Sequence record: OX241562.1
Length of the DNA stretch: 24,000 nucleotides
From: Vibrio phage 150E35-1
Reading direction: 5' to 3' (one strand)
Both the position numbers and the translations under genes were made by a program. The notes beneath the pieces were generated by a model. It was not told where the DNA came from, did not search any database, and worked only from the letters and a program-made list of their open reading frames with translations. This document shows, piece after piece, positions 8,639 through 17,353 of this stretch (positions are counted from its first letter, which is position 1; each line of letters starts with the position of its first letter).

Positions 8639-9490
8639 ATGTCATCAGTAACTATCGTAACTCAGGCTACATCTGAGCACTATGAATCTCGACTTAAGCG
8701 ACTATTAGATACATGGAAGAGTATCAATATCGACCGTAAAGTAGCTACTCTGAAGATCCTACTAATGGGTGACTTCGAAGTAGATGCTATCAAGAATGAG
8801 TACCCTACTGTGGAGTTTATCCACGATGATCTCATGCCAGTAAACCTAGCACGTGAGTTAGTATCTCAGGACGTAGACTCAGAGTTCATCATGTTCATTG
8901 ATGATGACTTCTACGTAGAACCTGAGCTGGAACTGTCTCTGCATCGTGCACGTTCCATCATGGATCATCATCAAGACTTAGCTACTCTTACATTCTGTGA
9001 TAAATCACGTAAGTCCCTTCGACTAGGTGATCACGTAGATAGTACCCAGTACGTTATCGCAGGTGTTGATCAGTTCTTCTGGACATGTGATGGTATCCTA
9101 ACTCGTACTGCTATCTGGAATGCTAGCTTGAATACGTACCGGATTGGTACTGAAGTTTCTACAATGTTCGAAGAAGCACTTATCTCACGAGTACCTCAAG
9201 TACTTATGGATAAGTTAGTAGGTGTCTACCGTTCAGAAGGTATCCACCACTACCGAGCTCGTGGCGTTGTCCCTCGTACATTCGTAGAACCAGAACATAA
9301 CTGTAAAGGCGTTGTTGAAGCTACTGATGGTTGTGGTAAAGACCTACCATCAGCAGTCCGTACTCGGCTACATGCTAAGTACGAAGAACTAGGTGTATCA
9401 GGTTGCTACCGTGACATCGGTGATCGTATTCCTAACTCACCTACTGCTATCTGGACAACTGCTCGTCACGCACGTCACCCTAAAAATTAA
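8639..9490 (+). CDS. glycosyltransferase family 2-like (GT-A)
   Basis: 'IMFIDDDFYVEPELE' DxD-like motif, N-terminal 'SSVTIVTQAT..YESRLKRLLDTW'. Confidence 0.7.
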   Translation: MSSVTIVTQATSEHYESRLKRLLDTWKSINIDRKVATLKILLMGDFEVDAIKNEYPTVEFIHDDLMPVNLARELVSQDVDSEFIMFIDDDFYVEPELELSLHRARSIMDHHQDLATLTFCDKSRKSLRLGDHVDSTQYVIAGVDQFFWTCDGILTRTAIWNASLNTYRIGTEVSTMFEEALISRVPQVLMDKLVGVYRSEGIHHYRARGVVPRTFVEPEHNCKGVVEATDGCGKDLPSAVRTRLHAKYEELGVSGCYRDIGDRIPNSPTAIWTTARHARHPKN

Positions 9491-9502
9491 TCCGAGATAA
9501 TT

Positions 9503-10249
9503 ATGACTAAGATTCTACATATGGTATGGGTAGGTGCTACCCCTCACGAAATCGCACTTAAGTGTATTCGACGTAACATGAAAGTGGCACTACAATCTCA
9601 ATGGTTGTTTATGTTCCATACCAATATCGATCCATCAGAGCTTCCAGATGATCTGGCGAAGTATGCTGTGGACGTATCGGAGTACGTTAATAGTATTACT
9701 CCTAAGTACAAGTGGTGCTACAAGCGTGGTGGTGAATATAACTACAGTCACATCGCTGATGCTATCCGTATCAAAGCACTACTGGAGCATGGTGGTATGT
9801 ACCAAGATGCTGATAACTACGTACTAGTAGATGACATGGACTTCGTACTAGGTGAGTGGTCGGATAAAGTACAGTTCCAAGGTGAAGGTAATGGCTATCT
9901 GAAACTGAACAACTGCTACATGTACGCCCCTCATGCATATCACCCAGTAATGCAGACATCTTACGATGAACTAGATAAACTAGGTGATCGTCAGTTCTGG
10001 GGTATTTGTGGACCATCTATGTTCACTCGATTATTCCCTGCTGATACTCGTGAAGAGTTAGGAATCGTAGCACGTAACAATGATACGTGTGCACTATCTC
10101 CTGGAGCTATTGGTGGACTTAAACGTAAGACACCTGATGGTGAGAAGTTCACAATTGATCTATCATACTTCCAGACAGCTGGATACAAAGTCATCTCATT
10201 CTTTGATTCTATCAATGAAGGTAAGATGCGTATCATCAATGAGCTATAA
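9503..10249 (+). CDS. DXD-motif glycosyltransferase (Gly_transf_sug/GT32-like)
   Basis: 'ILHMVWVG', 'IADAIRIKALLEHGGMYQDADNYVL'. Confidence 0.85.
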   Translation: MTKILHMVWVGATPHEIALKCIRRNMKVALQSQWLFMFHTNIDPSELPDDLAKYAVDVSEYVNSITPKYKWCYKRGGEYNYSHIADAIRIKALLEHGGMYQDADNYVLVDDMDFVLGEWSDKVQFQGEGNGYLKLNNCYMYAPHAYHPVMQTSYDELDKLGDRQFWGICGPSMFTRLFPADTREELGIVARNNDTCALSPGAIGGLKRKTPDGEKFTIDLSYFQTAGYKVISFFDSINEGKMRIINEL

Positions 10250-10262
10250 CTAGATAGTACCC

Positions 10263-10299
10263 TAGCCCTCTTATCTTCGGATTTGAGGGCTATATTTTT
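10263..10299 (+). terminator. Rho-independent terminator
   Basis: TAGCCCTC...GAGGGCTA followed by TATTTTTA. Confidence 0.8.
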
Positions 10300-10416
10300 A
10301 TTACAACCCCTCCACGAGTTCCTTGAACCCCTTTGTTTCGTGGGGAGGGCGTTCCGGCGAATCGAGCCCGAACGACCTTGCTAATCGAATTTAATCCATT
10401 TGGAGTTACACATATA

Positions 10417-10608
10417 ATGAAACCATTCAAAACTACAGATCTGTCAATTACTAAAGTCGATAACAAAGCTGGTAAAGTTAATGCTGGTGTGAAGATCACC
10501 CACAAGCCTACAGGTATCTCTGCTGAGAGTGTAGGTTTTACCACTTTCAATCGTAATCTTACACAAGCTAAGAAAGTATTGCAGTCTCGCATTGAGTGTT
10601 CAAAGTAA
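10417..10608 (+). CDS. small protein resembling class I release-factor (RF-1) domain without GGQ
   Basis: ATG10417 (in frame within track ORF 10333-10608): 'AGKVNAGVKITHKPTGISAESVGFTTFNRNLTQAKKVLQSRI' resembles RF 'GGQHVN...V.ITH.PTGI.......R....N...A...L'. Better RBS ('ggagtt') than the upstream start. Confidence 0.5.
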   Translation: MKPFKTTDLSITKVDNKAGKVNAGVKITHKPTGISAESVGFTTFNRNLTQAKKVLQSRIECSK

Positions 10609-10630
10609 TTAAATTAAGAAGGATTAGGAA

Positions 10631-12104
10631 ATGTCTGATATCGTAATTGAAGAGTTAGGTTACCCAGTAGCTATCCAGAAGAAACCTGGTATGTACATTG
10701 GTACAACTGATCGTCCTACTAAAGCATTGTCTGAAGTAGTTGATAACTCAATCGATGAAGCACTTGCAGGTCATGGTACTAAAGTACATGTCTGGCAGAA
10801 TATTGGTGAAGCGAATCGTTGTATCGTAATCGATGACGGTCGTGGTATGCCAGTTTACCATAAGATGAACAAAGAGTTGAAAGCTGGCGTCGATATGCGT
10901 CAAGTACTTGATCACGTAGGTGATACATCTCACTTCTTTGACTTCGTAGAAACTAACCAGACTGCAGCGGAGCGAGCATGGGCAGGTATGCATGCTGGAT
11001 CTAAGTTCGAAGGTAGCGAAACTACGGTAGGTACTCATGGTGTAGGTTCAGCATGTACAAATGCTCTATCATCTACATTCGTAGGTCTAGTTAACCTATC
11101 TAAGCCTGCGTTCGCTAACTCGAAGCAACCTCAGCTGGATTGGATTACAGATGCTGCTAAAGGCATGGCTCGTCCAGTATTCGTAATCACATTCCACAAC
11201 GGCTACTTGACTTCTCAAGAAGTTGTAGAAGAAGTTGAACTACCTGAACTGGAAATGTCTAAGATTGAACTAGTAGGTAAAGATTGGGGCACGTGTGTGT
11301 CGTTCGACCCTGACCCTGAAATCTGGGATACTACCGAGTCTAAGTTTACGGATGACCTATTGGAGATGGCTCGAATGACTATGCCAGAATCTGTAGACAT
11401 CCGACTAGATGGTCATACAATCAAGCCATTCAGTATCATCAACTACTACAACAAGACTGAGTTCATTAATAATAAGATGTTCGAAGTTGCAGTTGATGCG
11501 AGCCTTCCAGGTATTACTGTTAAGTCTCAAATCCAGTTTGGATTCTCTGGTCAGGACTTCGACTACCGTTGTCATGGTTCTGTAAATACAATCACAACAC
11601 CAGAAGGTGTCCACGTACGAGCTACTCAACGTGGTGTTGGTAAAGCACTAGCTTCTATCAACAAAGCTGTGAATCCTGGTGATGCTCGTTACTCATTACG
11701 TGCATTCACACTTCTACTAACTAACCGTGCCATGTACTCATCTCAGACTAAAGAGAACATGACCAAGATTATCGGGTTCAATGCTCGTTACCTAGAAGAA
11801 GCTGTTACTGCAGCCATCCTAGAAGCTGCTCGTAAAGATAAGGATATGATGCGTATCCTGAAGCTGGTCTGTGAACGTATTATTGAATACAAGAAGCAGA
11901 TGGGTAACATGTCTATGAAGCAACAAGTTGAAGCTGAGATTCGTACCAGTGCCAACTCGAAAGCTAGTAACGGCATGGGTACTAAAGTCTGGGACTGTTC
12001 ATCTAAGAATCGTGCAGAGTGTGAACTCTTCATCGTAGAAGGTGACTCAGCTGCAGGTAGTCTAGTTCAATCTCGTAATACCAAGATTCATGCAATCCTT
12101 CCGT
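10631..12104 (+). CDS. type II DNA topoisomerase large subunit (GyrB/ParE/T4 gp39-like), exon 1
   Basis: GHKL ATPase 'EVVDNSIDEALAG', 'IDDGRGMP', 'GTHGVGSACTNALS'; TOPRIM 'CELFIVEGDSAAGSLVQSRN..IHAILPL'. The track ORF ends at 12112 only because it reads 8 nt into the intron. Confidence 0.93.
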
Positions 12105-12476
12105 TGACTTAACTAGCGGAAGTAAAACCTATCGAATTGCTGGGAACTCCTGAAGGTACGCTAGCTACAACGTGGTTCTAAAGAACGAGCGTGAATGCTT
12201 GAAAATAGTGTATTATAGGAAAATCAGCAGCCAATCTCCTAAGCCATAAATGGTAAGGTGAAGGTTCAACGACTATCGAAAGGGTAGCCACGTAGGTGGT
12301 GAGAACCGAGTAGAGTACAGCTCAAGTGAGTGGGGAGACTCTTAAATGGAAGCGGTAGGATTCTGGTTAGTTAAGTCACTATCCAGTTTATGATATAGTC
12401 TACTCTATGAAGAGATTCATAGCAGTCACCTCGGTGGCGGTGTCGAGAGGTAAAACGACTCGATGCGAATATAAGG
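12105..12476 (+). other. Group I self-splicing intron, ORF-less, about 372 nt
   Basis: P1: exon CUUCCGU (12098-12104) pairs with GCGGAAG (12116-12122), with U.G at the splice site. P3 AACCT/AGGTT (12126-12130/12262-12266). P4 TTGCTG/CAGCAG (12137-12142/12225-12230). P7 GACTAT/ATAGTC (12271-12276/12395-12400). P9 candidate CTATGAA-GAGA-TTCATAG (12405-12422). Intron ends in G12476. The join restores ILPLRGKPMN. Confidence 0.93.
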
Positions 12477-13003
12477 TAAGAGGGAAACCAATGAATACTA
12501 CTACGACAACCATCGAAGAGATGCTTGAGAACAACGAGATGAAGTCGATGTTCAACGTAATCGGTGCAGGTATTCACCCATACAATGTGGACATGGATGC
12601 TGCACGATACGGTAAGTTCGTACTGTTCGCCGATGAAGATGCCGATGGTAAGCAAATCTGTGCACTACTTCTGGGTGCGTTAGGTACGTACCTACCACAA
12701 GCTGTCCAGATGGGTATGGTGTACATCGTAGATGCTCCACTCTACAAGCAAGATGGTAAGTACTACCGTTCGAGTGAGAAAGATCAGTTGAATGAGAAGA
12801 AAGATTTCGAGAGGTATAAAGGCCTCGGGGCTATGGATCCTGACGATATTGGTGATGTGGCATTCAGCCTAGATCATCGTCGTCTGATTCAAGTTACACC
12901 TGAAGGGCTGGAGAAGGCTGTTGAGCTAGTAGCTACTCGCCATGCGAAGAAGAAGCTAGTTACGGGTGCTGGTCTAGTAGAAGAACCACGCGAAATTCGA
13001 TAA
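12477..13003 (+). CDS. type II DNA topoisomerase large subunit, exon 2 (joined product 666 aa)
   Basis: ...RGKPMNTTTTTIEEMLENNEMKSMFNVIGAG...VLFADEDADGKQICALLLG..., 'QYKGLG'-like 'RYKGLGAMDPDDI': GyrB/gp60 C-terminal TOPRIM motifs. 1474+527=2001 nt, divisible by 3. Confidence 0.93.
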
Positions 13004-13021
13004 CCCTCCAAGAGTCCCAGC

Positions 13022-13045
13022 AACCCCTTTCTGTTGAGAGGGGTT
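13022..13045 (+). terminator. Hairpin, family 3
   Basis: AACCCCTTTC-TGTT-GAGAGGGGTT after the topoisomerase stop. Confidence 0.6.
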
Positions 13046-13081
13046 CAGCCCAATTAAATTAATTATAGAAGAGTATCAATC

Positions 13082-14455
13082 ATGGCTAAGAAAAAAGTAG
13101 CTGCAGCAGTAGAAGAAGTTTACGGTCAAATCTCAGCATTCGACCTAGCTTGTGCATCATACCTTGAGTACGCTCAGTACGTAAATCGATTCCGACTAAT
13201 CCCAAATGCTGGTGATGGTCTACTTCCAGTTTATCGTCGTACACTCTTAGCTGCTGCAAAGTACCCTAAGATGACACTTACAAACTCAATCGTATCGGAT
13301 TGTTGTCGTGACTGGCACCCTCACGGTTCTCAGTCAGTCGAGCCAGTTGTATCTAACATGGTACGTCATAAGCTTCTAGCTGGTAAGGGTAACCATGGTG
13401 CACGATTGATGCGTACAGTTAAAGCTGCCGCTCCTCGTTATACTAAGACAGGTGCCATCAAAGAAGTTACAGAAGTACTATTCAAACTTAAAGAGTACGC
13501 ACCTCACTTCATGAATGAAGTTAACAACAACGAACCGATGTACTTGATCACCCCAGTACCTATCTCATTGGTATTCGGACACATGGGTCTAGGGGTAGGT
13601 GTTACTACTCGTATCCCTGCGTTCACGTATGAGTCTCTAGTTAAAGCGTACCGTACAGATAATCCTGCCCACCTACGATGCCAGTATGGCTATCAGCTAG
13701 AGGGTGGTGAGATTGCTGACTTGTGGCATCATGGTGTAGGTCGTATTCGTTGTTCGATGAACATTGAGTACGAATGGTCTGATGATGACGGTTGTTACGT
13801 ATCTATCATCACAGGTTCTGGTGAGTTATTTACTCCTAAGCTAGGTCTTCTGGATGAGCACATTGCACATGACCGTGTATTCATTCGTGATGAATCGGGT
13901 AAGGAGATTCGTATTGTTATCGGTCGTACTAAAGGTACTCGTGCTATCTCTGATGACCGTATCTACGAGATTGCTAAGCAAGCTTGTACGTTTGACCGTA
14001 AGTACGATATCCGTGCCGTTGTTGGTAAGTCAGTTAAGCGTATCGGTATCCGTGACTGGCTAAGTCTGACCATGAACTTGTACGCTGATAAGTACAAAGC
14101 ATGGCAAGATGACCGCACTGCTGACTTGAAGAATAAGATCTTCCAGCAAGTTATCTCTCAGGATGTTGGTAACTTCCTATCTCAAGACTTTGACAATGAT
14201 CAGATTCTTGAGTACATCGGTAAGAATATTACTAGTGGTGACTTGGATAGTAAGTTCAGTGGTGTACTGGAGCAGTTCAAACGTGATCCTAACATCGACG
14301 ACATCAAAGAAGTTTGTAAGAAGTCGATGAGCAACTTGCGTAAGAACGATTACGAGAAGAACTGTCATAAGCTTCTCTCTGAGTTGGATGCTGTACTATC
14401 TGCTACGTCGGAACGTGCTATCGATGAAGCTGCATCTGTTATCAAAATGATCTAA
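13082..14455 (+). CDS. type II DNA topoisomerase A/medium subunit (T4 gp52/GyrA-like)
   Basis: 'GDGLLPVYRRTLLAA', 'DWHPHGSQSVEPVVSNM', 'GNHGARLMRTVKAAAPRYTKTGAI' (catalytic-Tyr context), 'PVPISLVFGHMGLGVGVTTRIPAF'. Confidence 0.92.
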   Translation: MAKKKVAAAVEEVYGQISAFDLACASYLEYAQYVNRFRLIPNAGDGLLPVYRRTLLAAAKYPKMTLTNSIVSDCCRDWHPHGSQSVEPVVSNMVRHKLLAGKGNHGARLMRTVKAAAPRYTKTGAIKEVTEVLFKLKEYAPHFMNEVNNNEPMYLITPVPISLVFGHMGLGVGVTTRIPAFTYESLVKAYRTDNPAHLRCQYGYQLEGGEIADLWHHGVGRIRCSMNIEYEWSDDDGCYVSIITGSGELFTPKLGLLDEHIAHDRVFIRDESGKEIRIVIGRTKGTRAISDDRIYEIAKQACTFDRKYDIRAVVGKSVKRIGIRDWLSLTMNLYADKYKAWQDDRTADLKNKIFQQVISQDVGNFLSQDFDNDQILEYIGKNITSGDLDSKFSGVLEQFKRDPNIDDIKEVCKKSMSNLRKNDYEKNCHKLLSELDAVLSATSERAIDEAASVIKMI

Positions 14456-14471
14456 CTAGATGTAATTAACA

Positions 14472-14495
14472 AGGGGTACTCTACGGAGTGCCTCT
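14472..14495 (+). terminator. Hairpin with UACG loop, terminator-like
   Basis: AGGGGTACTC-TACG-GAGTGCCTCT, 10 bp with two G.U pairs; weak T-tail. Confidence 0.5.
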
Positions 14496-14530
14496 GATTA
14501 ATTATACCTGCCATAAATAAGGAAACGTAA

Positions 14531-14878
14531 ATGTCAACTACTCTTAATAAGTTCATCGCTGAGAACGTTCTACTTAACACGTCACTGAACACTGAAGGAT
14601 TCGAACTGAGTAATGATCAAGGGGATCATCCAACTATCCAGAGCTTCAACTTCGACTCACCTCTTCGAGTTTGGGTAGAGATTGAAGATGACTCCAGTAC
14701 GTACAAGTGCATCATGAATGTCGAAGACTTGATGGATGACTACATCCAAGAGATCCAAGATATCATGAACTCTGTAGAAGATACTGAAAGTGGTGAGGAG
14801 GATGGAACACTAGTTCTTATCAGCAGCCAGTACGTTGATATCGTTGCTGCGGTTAAGAAGTTCATTTACCTATCTTAG
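14531..14878 (+). CDS. hypothetical acidic protein
   Basis: ORF of 115 aa with RBS 'aaggaaac'. Confidence 0.7.
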   Translation: MSTTLNKFIAENVLLNTSLNTEGFELSNDQGDHPTIQSFNFDSPLRVWVEIEDDSSTYKCIMNVEDLMDDYIQEIQDIMNSVEDTESGEEDGTLVLISSQYVDIVAAVKKFIYLS

Positions 14879-14971
14879 GACGTCCCTACCACGTTGTAGG
14901 TCGTTATACCAAAACAGGCGAACCGCCCCAAGGGGTGGCTCGTTTAAAACGCTGTACGGAGGGTACAGGTT

Positions 14972-15451
14972 GTGCATTATATGAAGTATCAGCAGAATGA
15001 TGCTGTTAATGGTGAGGGAGTCCGTTGTACTCTATTCGTAGCAGGATGCAGCCATGGATGCTCTGGATGCTATAATGAAGCAAGCTGGAATCCTAGTAGT
15101 GGTCACGAGTTCACCGATGACATGGTTCAGCAGATTCTATCTGACCTGAAAGATACACGTATTGTACGTAGTGGACTAAGCCTTAGTGGTGGTGATCCAT
15201 TACATAAAAGGAACTACCCAGAAATCCTTGAGCTATGTAAACTAGTTCGCAAGGAGTGTCCGGATAAAACTATCTGGATGTGGACGGGTTATACTATCGA
15301 TCAGATACGTGAATCAGGTATGTCCGAGATACTGGACTACCTAGACGTGGTGATCGATGGTAAGTTTGATCAAGATAAGAAGGACTTGAATCTACGATGG
15401 CGTGGTTCGAGTAATCAAGTAATTAACGTATTAAATTTGGAGCAGTTATGA
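14972..15451 (+). CDS. nrdG: anaerobic ribonucleotide reductase activating protein (radical SAM)
   Basis: GTG start after 'ggaggg'. 'NGEGVRCTLFVAGCSHGCSGCYNEASWNPSSG', 'LSLSGGDPL', 'IWMWTGY'. Confidence 0.92.
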   Translation: MHYMKYQQNDAVNGEGVRCTLFVAGCSHGCSGCYNEASWNPSSGHEFTDDMVQQILSDLKDTRIVRSGLSLSGGDPLHKRNYPEILELCKLVRKECPDKTIWMWTGYTIDQIRESGMSEILDYLDVVIDGKFDQDKKDLNLRWRGSSNQVINVLNLEQL

Positions 15452-15858
15452 TCCTCACTAAGAAATCTGGTGTTATGTACTTCCAGTATAATAAAGAGAA
15501 CAGCCAACGTTACCGTAGACTACGTTCATCCCTAGGTAGTGCACTTGTCCAGTATGGTGCAGATCACGTGCCTGAGTGTACTGGAACTATTGTTAGTATC
15601 ATCCACGAGTACCAACGTAAGAATAAGACTAGTGGTATCTCTGTGAGCTTAGAGCACATGATGAGTGATACAGGTCTGAGTCCTATCGTACTTAATAACT
15701 ACCATATTGAAGAGATCGTAGCAGGTATCGATCCATCATATAGTGAGTACCTGACTGATCGTAAAGATAGACTTAAACTATCTAACTGGATTAATCGTAA
15801 GGTTCTACGTGAATCTTACAAGTCCAAACCTGCTGACTACTGGCTACTTAAACTTTAA
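15448..15858 (+). CDS. hypothetical protein
   Basis: ORF of 136 aa overlapping the nrdG stop by 4 nt. Confidence 0.65.
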   Translation: MILTKKSGVMYFQYNKENSQRYRRLRSSLGSALVQYGADHVPECTGTIVSIIHEYQRKNKTSGISVSLEHMMSDTGLSPIVLNNYHIEEIVAGIDPSYSEYLTDRKDRLKLSNWINRKVLRESYKSKPADYWLLKL

Positions 15859-15891
15859 CTCCAACTCTCATTATATATAAGGATACTTAAT

Positions 15892-16323
15892 ATGAGTATT
15901 ACAAGCAACGAACAAGTCTTCGAACTAATGAAGTCACATAAGATCGATATCAGTGATCTACCATTCACTATCCAGTACCTTCAACTGGACTACGGAAAGG
16001 GTCTGGTAGCTATGGGTATCGATGAAGACTCATGGGTGACTAAGGTACTTATTCGACGTGACCAGGTGAAGTCTACAGAAGTATCTCCTTTCATGATCGA
16101 TTGGTCGGTATCTGGTCAGGAGTACTACGAATGGTTACGTATCAATAAACCAGTGACACTGACAGTAGGTCAGCTGGAACGTATCCAGATGAGTATCGAT
16201 GCAGCTATTGATGCGGAAGTACAAATATCAGATAGTGGTGACCAGGGACGATACGACCCAGAAGACTCTGAATGGTTCGTAAACCTTAAAGAGTCATCGC
16301 AGTTCATAACTGAGCTTAGATAA
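15892..16323 (+). CDS. hypothetical protein
   Basis: ORF of 143 aa with RBS 'aaggat'. Confidence 0.65.
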   Translation: MSITSNEQVFELMKSHKIDISDLPFTIQYLQLDYGKGLVAMGIDEDSWVTKVLIRRDQVKSTEVSPFMIDWSVSGQEYYEWLRINKPVTLTVGQLERIQMSIDAAIDAEVQISDSGDQGRYDPEDSEWFVNLKESSQFITELR

Positions 16324-16329
16324 TCTCCA

Positions 16330-16390
16330 CCCTAAAGCGCCCTAACAACCTTGCTCTTTGAAGTTCGGGCGTGGTTAGGGCGCTTTCGGG
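16330..16390 (+). terminator. Dispersed hairpin family 1 (left arm C, right arm A)
   Basis: CCCTAAAGCGCCCTAAC ... GTTAGGGCGCTTTCGGG; inner 13 bp perfect, with one mismatch between the arms. Confidence 0.65.
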
Positions 16391-16410
16391 TAATCAATAA
16401 GGATAGAACA

Positions 16411-16731
16411 ATGGCTAAAGTAGAAGTTCGTAATTATATAGTGTACTTCGTTCGATGCAAGAATGGTGCACTGTACTGCGGTATTACTAATAATCCCTGG
16501 AGACGATGGTACCAGCATCTTGAAGGGAAGGGTGCCAAGTCTGTACGCATGATGGGTGGTCCTATTGAGATGCGTATTATTGATGAGCACTTATCTAAGA
16601 GTGATGCGCTCAAGATCGAGTTCAGGAAGAAGCAACTGAAGAAGTCCGATAAGGAGGAGCTTTGGGCTACTGCATGCCTACTCCGTACTGCTCATGGTGA
16701 TGAAGCTAAGGTGGAGGATTTATGCCAGTAG
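16411..16731 (+). CDS. small GIY-YIG nuclease-superfamily protein (UPF0213/YhbQ-like)
   Basis: 'YIVYFVRCKNGALYCGITNNPWRRWYQHLEGKGAKSVRM'. The start at 16411 has an RBS, whereas the track start at 16351 lies inside the hairpin. Confidence 0.8.
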   Translation: MAKVEVRNYIVYFVRCKNGALYCGITNNPWRRWYQHLEGKGAKSVRMMGGPIEMRIIDEHLSKSDALKIEFRKKQLKKSDKEELWATACLLRTAHGDEAKVEDLCQ

Positions 16732-17183
16732 TCAGAATCGAAGGTGACATGTTCATGGATCGTCAAGCTCATGCATACATAAATACCGTAAACCTGCAAG
16801 GTGTTACTGGATGCGGTATTGCTGAGATCATGAAACGTAAGTTCAAGTACGCATGCCAAGAGTATCGTGACGCTTGCCATAACGGAGACATCACTCTGGG
16901 TAAGGTATTCTATACCCACTCGTACGCTACTGGTAATCCTCAGACTATCGTACACTTTCCTACGAAGCAGGCATGGCGTAATCCTTCCCAGATAGCCTGG
17001 ATTGAAGCTGGGTTAATCAGTTTACGTGCGTGGTTACTGAGGTGCGAAGATGGTTACATTCTGGCAATGCCGTTACTAGGATGCAAGAATGGTCAGCTCG
17101 ATCGTAAAGATGTTGATCCACTCATTGATAAATACCTTGGTGATATATCTCACGTAGAAGTACGACTATATCACTTAGTATAA
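16722..17183 (+). CDS. macrodomain protein, DarG-like ADP-ribosylglycohydrolase family
   Basis: 'INTVNLQGVTGCGIAEIMKRKFKYACQEYRDACHNGDITLGKVF...NPQTIVHFPTKQAWRNPSQIAWIEAGLISL...MPLLGCKNGQL' closely follows the DarG macrodomain pattern. Confidence 0.88.
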   Translation: MPVVRIEGDMFMDRQAHAYINTVNLQGVTGCGIAEIMKRKFKYACQEYRDACHNGDITLGKVFYTHSYATGNPQTIVHFPTKQAWRNPSQIAWIEAGLISLRAWLLRCEDGYILAMPLLGCKNGQLDRKDVDPLIDKYLGDISHVEVRLYHLV

Positions 17184-17186
17184 TGT

Positions 17187-17249
17187 ACCCTAAAGCGCCC
17201 TAACAACTGCCCTTTTTAAAAACGAAGGGTGGTTGGGGCGCTTTAGGGT
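17187..17249 (+). terminator. Dispersed hairpin family 1, type C/C
   Basis: ACCCTAAAGCGCCCTAAC ... GTTGGGGCGCTTTAGGGT, 18-bp stem with one G.U. Confidence 0.75.
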
Positions 17250-17353
17250 TTGTCTATAACTATAATCTGGAGGTCTCTATCATTAGTACCCGTTGAGTTA
17301 ATAATAAATCATGTTTCTACATCATTCTATTATTATTAACAAGAGGGTAAAAC

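Noticed and set aside
12407-12476. ATG at 12407 as the true start of the C-terminal topoisomerase polypeptide (MKRFIAVTS...)
   Set aside because: It lies inside the predicted P9 hairpin of the group I intron, has no good SD, and the encoded 23-24 residues match no topoisomerase region. Splicing gives a contiguous conserved motif.
12105-12476. T4 gene 60-like translational bypass instead of an intron
   Set aside because: The gap is 372 nt rather than about 50 nt, and it has group I core pairings, a P1 U.G and a terminal G, all of which explain it as an intron.
16351-16410. Upstream in-frame start (MLFEVRAWLGRFRVINKDRT) for the small GIY-YIG protein
   Set aside because: This segment overlaps the family-1 hairpin and lacks an RBS. 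ATG16411 follows 'aaggat' and begins the conserved domain.
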